DNA of 64,000 bases from a virus (taxonomy: Duplodnaviria; Caudoviricetes). The notes beneath the pieces were generated by a model. It ran no database searches, was not told the DNA's origin, and worked only from the letters and a program-made list of their open reading frames with translations. Below, piece after piece: positions 58,917-64,000 of this stretch. How positions within the stretch are numbered: the first letter of the stretch is position 1; each line of letters begins with the position of its first letter. Location of the stretch: the IMG/VR virus record IMGVR_UViG_2663763407_000006, positions 1-64,000 of that record; one strand, 5' to 3'. The translations under genes and the position numbers were made by a program.

Positions 58917-59399
58917 ATGTTAGTAACCGATCCAACCTCACCAGATTTTAACAGCTACGCATCATTCGAAGATTTAGTCGCGTTCGCTTTGGCGCGCGCA
59001 GTTAACTTACCTTCTGAAACAGAGTCATTACTGATTAAGGCGATGGACTACCTGAACGGGCTTAATTGGTATGGAAGCAGAACCAAACTAACTCAGCCAC
59101 TACCCTGGCCGAGATCAGGTATCACTTTCGATGGATTTAGTTACCCCTCGGCCAGTATTCCTCCACAATTGATTGCGGCCCAGTGCATGCTGGCCGTGGA
59201 AGCTATTGAGGGTGAGTTACTGGGTTCAAATAGAGAGGCGGCAATAAAGTCTGAGACTGTATCAGGGGCGGTATCTGTGACTTATGCTGTATCTGATGCT
59301 GAGTCATTTACTCCCAATTATCCGGCAGTGATGGCAATTCTACGTGGGTTCGTTGCGGGTAGCGGTTTTGCTATTAATGCCACCGCGAGGCGTCAATAA
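58917..59399 (+). CDS. Head-tail adaptor
   Basis: NSYAS...AMDYL...QPLPWPR; synteny. Confidence 0.75.
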   Translation: MLVTDPTSPDFNSYASFEDLVAFALARAVNLPSETESLLIKAMDYLNGLNWYGSRTKLTQPLPWPRSGITFDGFSYPSASIPPQLIAAQCMLAVEAIEGELLGSNREAAIKSETVSGAVSVTYAVSDAESFTPNYPAVMAILRGFVAGSGFAINATARRQ

Positions 59400-59749
59400 T
59401 GGCTATCAATTACCCACGAATGCGAGCGACAGCAACACGATTGATTACCGAAAATGGAGCGACCTACCAACTATCTCGCGGTGGTGGCGTCGAGTTCGTT
59501 GGAGGTGTTGAAGTTGAAATCCCTCTGGAAACATCCTCCATTGTTGGTGTTATTTCCAGTTACTCTCCCGGCGAGATTGATGGCACCTTAATCCAGAATG
59601 GTGATGTGAAAATGTCGGCTACGGCTGATGTGGAAATTCGCATCGGCGATCTGATTATGATTGATGGCAAAAAACATCGAGTCATTAAACCTAATCCAGT
59701 AAAACCCGCTGCACTGCTGATCTGCTACAAACCACAACTGAGGGCGTGA
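59399..59749 (+). CDS. Head closure protein
   Basis: IDGTLIQNGD; synteny. Confidence 0.7.
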   Translation: MAINYPRMRATATRLITENGATYQLSRGGGVEFVGGVEVEIPLETSSIVGVISSYSPGEIDGTLIQNGDVKMSATADVEIRIGDLIMIDGKKHRVIKPNPVKPAALLICYKPQLRA

Positions 59750-59750
59750 T

Positions 59751-60335
59751 ATGGCTGACAATTCCAGCTTCATGGCTTCAATTAATGCGTTTATTGAAAA
59801 GGGTAAGCGTAATCAGGAATTGGTGGTTCAAAAAGCAGGTATCAAAATTCTTAATCGGTTAGTCACGATGTCGCCGGTTGGAAATCCTGAGTTATGGGCT
59901 AACAACCACACCGCGAAGTCATATAACGATGCTGTTTTCGAACATAACGAAGAGCTGAAGAAAGATTCAGGCAACCTAACTAAAACAGGGCGACTGAAGA
60001 AACGGGCCAGGGTGACCGATAGCATGGACATTAAAGCGCCTGCTGGTTACACCGGCGGCCGCTTCCGTGGTAACTGGCAAGTTGGCTTAGATGCTCAGCC
60101 GGATGGCGAAACAGGGCGCATTGATAAAAGTGGCAATATGACACTGGCTGTGGGCAATTATATGCTTGAGCAGTTCAAGGTTGGCACCAAGGCCATCTAC
60201 TTCACTAACAATGTTCCCTACGCTTACCGGCTTGAGTTTGGTCATTCATCACAAGCCCCAAACGGGATGATCCGCATAACCGCCGAGGACGCTGTTAAAT
60301 ACTTCACTGAAGCAGCTAATGAGGTGAATAAGTGA
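59751..60335 (+). CDS. Tail completion/neck protein (HK97 gp10-like)
   Basis: SPVG...GRFRGNW...PYAYRLEFGHSSQAP. Confidence 0.78.
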   Translation: MADNSSFMASINAFIEKGKRNQELVVQKAGIKILNRLVTMSPVGNPELWANNHTAKSYNDAVFEHNEELKKDSGNLTKTGRLKKRARVTDSMDIKAPAGYTGGRFRGNWQVGLDAQPDGETGRIDKSGNMTLAVGNYMLEQFKVGTKAIYFTNNVPYAYRLEFGHSSQAPNGMIRITAEDAVKYFTEAANEVNK

Positions 60336-60739
60336 GTACTCAACGCATTGCCGCATTGCTGGAAAAACGTCTTGGCGAATGGGCGGCAATTAAAGGCATT
60401 CCGTTGGCTGCGGAGAACGTTAGCTTTGATGATACTGGCGATATGTATTTGCAATCGCATGTCATGCCAGCCACAACAGACGCTATCGATTTAGCGCAGG
60501 TATCCCGCGTATTCAAAGGCGTGTATCAGATTAATATCAATGCCAAAGCAGGCAGTGGTAAATCCAAATCTCATACTATTGCTACTGAATTGATAGATCT
60601 GTTCAACCTCAACACCGAGCTGACAGACGGAGTGGTAATCTGCTATATCAACAGCGTTCCCAGCCAATTCCCCGGCATAACTGACGACACCACATACACC
60701 ACGCCGATCAGCATGAGTTATCGCGCTGACGTTATCTAA
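60332..60739 (+). CDS. Tail terminator
   Basis: GVYQINI; synteny before the tube gene. Confidence 0.72.
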   Translation: MSTQRIAALLEKRLGEWAAIKGIPLAAENVSFDDTGDMYLQSHVMPATTDAIDLAQVSRVFKGVYQININAKAGSGKSKSHTIATELIDLFNLNTELTDGVVICYINSVPSQFPGITDDTTYTTPISMSYRADVI

Positions 60740-60805
60740 ACCGCAATCAATCCCACATCTACCGGCCTATGCCGGTTTTTTTATATCCAAAATCGGAGAA
60801 TTACC

Positions 60806-61726
60806 ATGGGCTTTGCTCTACCAAATGGCGCAGGTATTTACCTGGCTAAAACATATGAAACCGAAGTCGCGGTCACGGCAGTTTCCAATGCTGTTGATGC
60901 AGTTCTGACGGTAGTCACTGGGCATGACATTGCCGAGGGCGATATTGTGCAGCTAACCTCAGGCTGGGCCGCGTTGAATGATTTGGTTGCAAAAGTAACA
61001 GCATCCACCGCGACTACTTTAACGCTCGGCTCTATTAACACCTCGAACACCGATCGTTTCGCAGTGGGTGGTGGTGTGGGTACGGTTAAGAAGGTCGAAA
61101 GTTGGATTGAAATCCCGCAGATCACCGAGGTATCGAACAGCGGTGGTGATCAGCAGATGATTCAAATTCAGTTTCTTAGCGATACTCGTCAGCGCAATCT
61201 CAATACGTTTAAGGCGGCTCAATCTCAAACCCTGACGTTGGCGCATGACTCCAGCCTGCCTGTTTATCCGGTGCTACGTGCTGCGGATGAGTCAGAGCAA
61301 ACACTGGCAACCTACATGTATGTGCCTAAAGCCAAAGAGAACCGTTACTCGTCGGTGAAAGTGTCCTTTAACGATATTCCAACTACGGCGATCAACGCCA
61401 TTGAGACGGTAGCTGTGGTGCTTAACCTGCAATCGCAAGCGACGACTTTCTACAAGTCTAGTGCACCAGTGGCTGTTACCGGCGTTACGTTGAGCAAAAC
61501 CACGACGACTCTTGCTGTTGCTGCTACTGAAACCTTAACGGCCACTGTAGAACCAGCAAATGCAACAAACAAGTCTGGTACCTGGTCATCATCAGCACCA
61601 ACCAAAGCTACCGTTGACCCGGTAACAGGTGTTGTGACTGGCGTTGCTGCTGGCAGTGCCAACATCATTTACACCACCGCAGATGGCGCGAAAACCGCTA
61701 CTTGTGCCGTCACCGTAACCGCATAA
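60806..61726 (+). CDS. Major tail tube protein with C-terminal Ig-like domain
   Basis: ALPNG...WIEIPQI...GGDQQ; Big_2 tail. Confidence 0.87.
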   Translation: MGFALPNGAGIYLAKTYETEVAVTAVSNAVDAVLTVVTGHDIAEGDIVQLTSGWAALNDLVAKVTASTATTLTLGSINTSNTDRFAVGGGVGTVKKVESWIEIPQITEVSNSGGDQQMIQIQFLSDTRQRNLNTFKAAQSQTLTLAHDSSLPVYPVLRAADESEQTLATYMYVPKAKENRYSSVKVSFNDIPTTAINAIETVAVVLNLQSQATTFYKSSAPVAVTGVTLSKTTTTLAVAATETLTATVEPANATNKSGTWSSSAPTKATVDPVTGVVTGVAAGSANIIYTTADGAKTATCAVTVTA

Positions 61727-61738
61727 GGAACATGACTC

Positions 61739-62050
61739 ATGGCAGTAAAATTTACCCTGGTACCGTCGCCAACATTTAAAGCAGATGTGAAAATCCCTCG
61801 GGCCGGTCTGGATGACGGCGAGTTAACCTTTACGTTTAAGCATTTGCCACTGAATGAAGTATCAGATATCGAGAAAGCAGAAGGGCAGACGGGGTTAGAT
61901 TTCGCAGAAAAGATAATCGAAGGGTGGGCGCTTCCCGAAGCATTTAACCGCGAAAATCTGGAAGTGCTTGCTAATAACTACCCGAAAGCCATCGAGAATG
62001 TAATCAGTGCGTTTTATCGCGAACTGCTTGGTAACCGCGAAAAAAACTAA
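61739..62050 (+). CDS. Tail assembly chaperone (G-like)
   Basis: PTFKADVKIP...GW...REKN; slippery A AAA AAC at 62041-62047. Confidence 0.85.
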   Translation: MAVKFTLVPSPTFKADVKIPRAGLDDGELTFTFKHLPLNEVSDIEKAEGQTGLDFAEKIIEGWALPEAFNRENLEVLANNYPKAIENVISAFYRELLGNREKN

Positions 62051-62358
62051 CCTCGGTTGCCACCGCTCTCTACACCCCCGAACCCACCCGTGAAGAATTG
62101 GCAGGCAACGGCCTGACACCTGATGATTTCGACGATGTAATTATCGAGATATGGCCGGATGTTTGGCCTGCTTTCAATGTGATTAGAGCAATGTCCACGC
62201 AGTGGCGTACCGGCATGTCTGGGCCTACTGGGTTGGACTACGGCTGCCTGTCACAAGTCATGGATTGGGTGGGTGTAGAGAGCAAAGCAACCGTGTTTGA
62301 TGACATAAGGCACATGGAGAGCGTTGCGCTGTCCGTTATTCACAAGCGGAGCAAGTAA
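62044..62358 (+). CDS. Tail chaperone -1 frameshift extension (GT-like, DUF1799)
   Basis: The -1 frame is open from the slippery site; TQWRTGMSGPTGLDY. Confidence 0.8.
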   Translation, partial: KLTSVATALYTPEPTREELAGNGLTPDDFDDVIIEIWPDVWPAFNVIRAMSTQWRTGMSGPTGLDYGCLSQVMDWVGVESKATVFDDIRHMESVALSVIHKRSK

Positions 62359-64000
62359 ATGGCAGATATCGCAACAATCTCACTACGCGCGGATACGTCC
62401 AGCCTGGAACAAGGTGACAAGGCGTTAGACCACTTCGGGCAAACAGCGGAGAAGGCTACCAAACAAGCAGATGGCTTGAATGATGCCTTCAAAGCTGGCG
62501 CACAAAGTCAAAAGCAAAATAACGAGAGTCTGAAACAGCAACAGCAAGCACTTCAGGATTTATTGGCGAAAATTAATCCCGTCAATAATGCACTGAATAA
62601 GCTTGATGATATGCAGTTGCAGTTATCAAAGTTCCGCTCTCAGGGGATTGTTGATGACAGAACCTACCGTGAGTCTGCGGTTGCGATTGGACGTGCTCGA
62701 CAGGAGTTAACCGCAGCGGCTGAAGCCAGTACAAAGGCAGGAAGGGCGGCAGCAGAGCAAGCCGCAGCAGACCGCGCAGCCACAACGGCAAAAGAAAACT
62801 TCATCACTCGATTGCGTGAGCAAACTGAACTTCAGGGGAAAACAGCATCACAGGTTCAGGAGTATAAAGCCGCTCAATTAGGTATGACTCAACAAGCAGC
62901 ACCATTCATAGCGAAGCTGAAAGAACAAGAAGATGCCTGGAAGAAAGGTACTGTCTCTGCTGGTCAATATCGTATGGCTATGCGCCAATTACCCATGCAA
63001 TTCACGGATATCGCCACCTCAATCGCCGGTGGTATGCCGTTGTACATGATCGCCATTCAGCAAGGCGGCCAGATTAAAGATAGTTTTGGCGGTATTGGTA
63101 ATGCGCTTAAAGCTATGGCATCCCTGATCACTCCAACCACTATTCTGTTAGGTGGGGCAACGGCTGCTGTTGCAGCTATGGGGTATGCATACTTTCAAGC
63201 GGAGAAGCAAAATAGTGCCTTCAATAAGGCGATTATTACTACTGGGGGATATTCAGGTGTAACCGCCAGCCAACTGAAGGACATGGCTTATAACATCAGT
63301 CAGTCTGGCAGTGTTTATAGTGATACAGCGGAGGCTTTAACGAAGCTTACGGCGGCCGGTGTCAAGACATCGGTAAACCTCCAAGACGCAGGGAAGTCGA
63401 TTGTAGAATTCAGCCGATACTCCGGGCAATCAATTGACGATTTGGTAGGGCAGTTTGCTCGTTTATCTGATGACCCAGTTGGTGGTTCAGTCGCACTGAC
63501 TGAGAAGCTTCATTATCTGACTGCAGCGCAATATCAGCATATTGCCGCTCTTGCTGAGGAAGGGAACACAGCGCAAGCAGTGACGGCTGCTACTGAAGCT
63601 CTTAGCGGGGCAATGGCGCAAAGGGCTGCAGAGATAAAGAACTCTATGGGTACTTTGCCATCATTTTTTGATGAGATAGGTAAAAGCGCATCAAAAATGT
63701 GGGATGGGATCTGGGGACTTGGTCGCGACCCATCCGAGGCCGAGGCAAGAGCTAAGCTTGTTGCCAAAATAGGCTTTGCTGAAAATGACCCACGCCGCGC
63801 CAATGGTGGCTCACCTACAGTATCCAATGAAACGTTATCTCAGTGGAAAGCAGAGCTGGCATCACTGGATGCAGTTGAGAAAAAGCAGTCCAACATATCC
63901 CAAATAAACCAAGAAGCGATAAAGGCGCAGCAAGAGGTTAATAAGCTTATACAGCAGGGGCTGACCTCGGCAGAAAAAAGGGAAAAAGGGGAAAAGGAAT
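62359..64000 (+). CDS. Tail tape measure protein (runs off the window)
   Basis: Starts MADIATISL; LPMQFTDIATS...QQGGQIKDSFGG lambda-type motif. Confidence 0.92.
   Translation, partial: MADIATISLRADTSSLEQGDKALDHFGQTAEKATKQADGLNDAFKAGAQSQKQNNESLKQQQQALQDLLAKINPVNNALNKLDDMQLQLSKFRSQGIVDDRTYRESAVAIGRARQELTAAAEASTKAGRAAAEQAAADRAATTAKENFITRLREQTELQGKTASQVQEYKAAQLGMTQQAAPFIAKLKEQEDAWKKGTVSAGQYRMAMRQLPMQFTDIATSIAGGMPLYMIAIQQGGQIKDSFGGIGNALKAMASLITPTTILLGGATAAVAAMGYAYFQAEKQNSAFNKAIITTGGYSGVTASQLKDMAYNISQSGSVYSDTAEALTKLTAAGVKTSVNLQDAGKSIVEFSRYSGQSIDDLVGQFARLSDDPVGGSVALTEKLHYLTAAQYQHIAALAEEGNTAQAVTAATEALSGAMAQRAAEIKNSMGTLPSFFDEIGKSASKMWDGIWGLGRDPSEAEARAKLVAKIGFAENDPRRANGGSPTVSNETLSQWKAELASLDAVEKKQSNISQINQEAIKAQQEVNKLIQQGLTSAEKREKGEKE

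Larger units (their letters stand above)
33096..64000. mobile_element. Lambdoid siphovirus prophage (continues past the window; exact attL uncertain)
   Basis: int-xis-recombination-cI/cro-O/DnaB-Q-lysis-terminase-head-tail order. Confidence 0.95.

Overview
The whole window is prophage DNA from an enterobacterium: two unrelated prophages in tandem, joined at a displaced 3' half of a tRNA-Leu(UAA) gene (33096-33149). Left (1-33149) is a near-complete P2/186-type prophage with tail, head, lysis, cos, rolling-circle A gene, tum and an apl/cI/cII switch. Its cargo is an OafA-like O-acetyltransferase, an extra truncated terminase-ATPase paralogue between P and Q, a DUF262+HEPN pair, and an HNH nuclease apparently fused to a gpW/gp25-like baseplate domain. 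Right (about 33100 to beyond 64000) is a lambdoid siphophage with int/xis, recombination, cI/cro, replication, Q, lysis, head and tail genes. Its cargo is an HsdR_N nuclease in the rex position, a DarT-HD/DarG toxin-antitoxin pair and a Mu Mom-like DNA modifier. The most striking unexplained signal is a structured RNA of about 120 nt at 38084-38201 (+), with its own extended -10 promoter and terminator. Its seed is complementary to a motif (AGAGGCAAGACCA) at the ribosome-binding sites of five early genes in both early operons, and all substitutions within the paired stretches are G:U-compatible. This suggests a multi-target RNA layer of prophage silencing. All calls are by-eye motif recognition; no searches were run.
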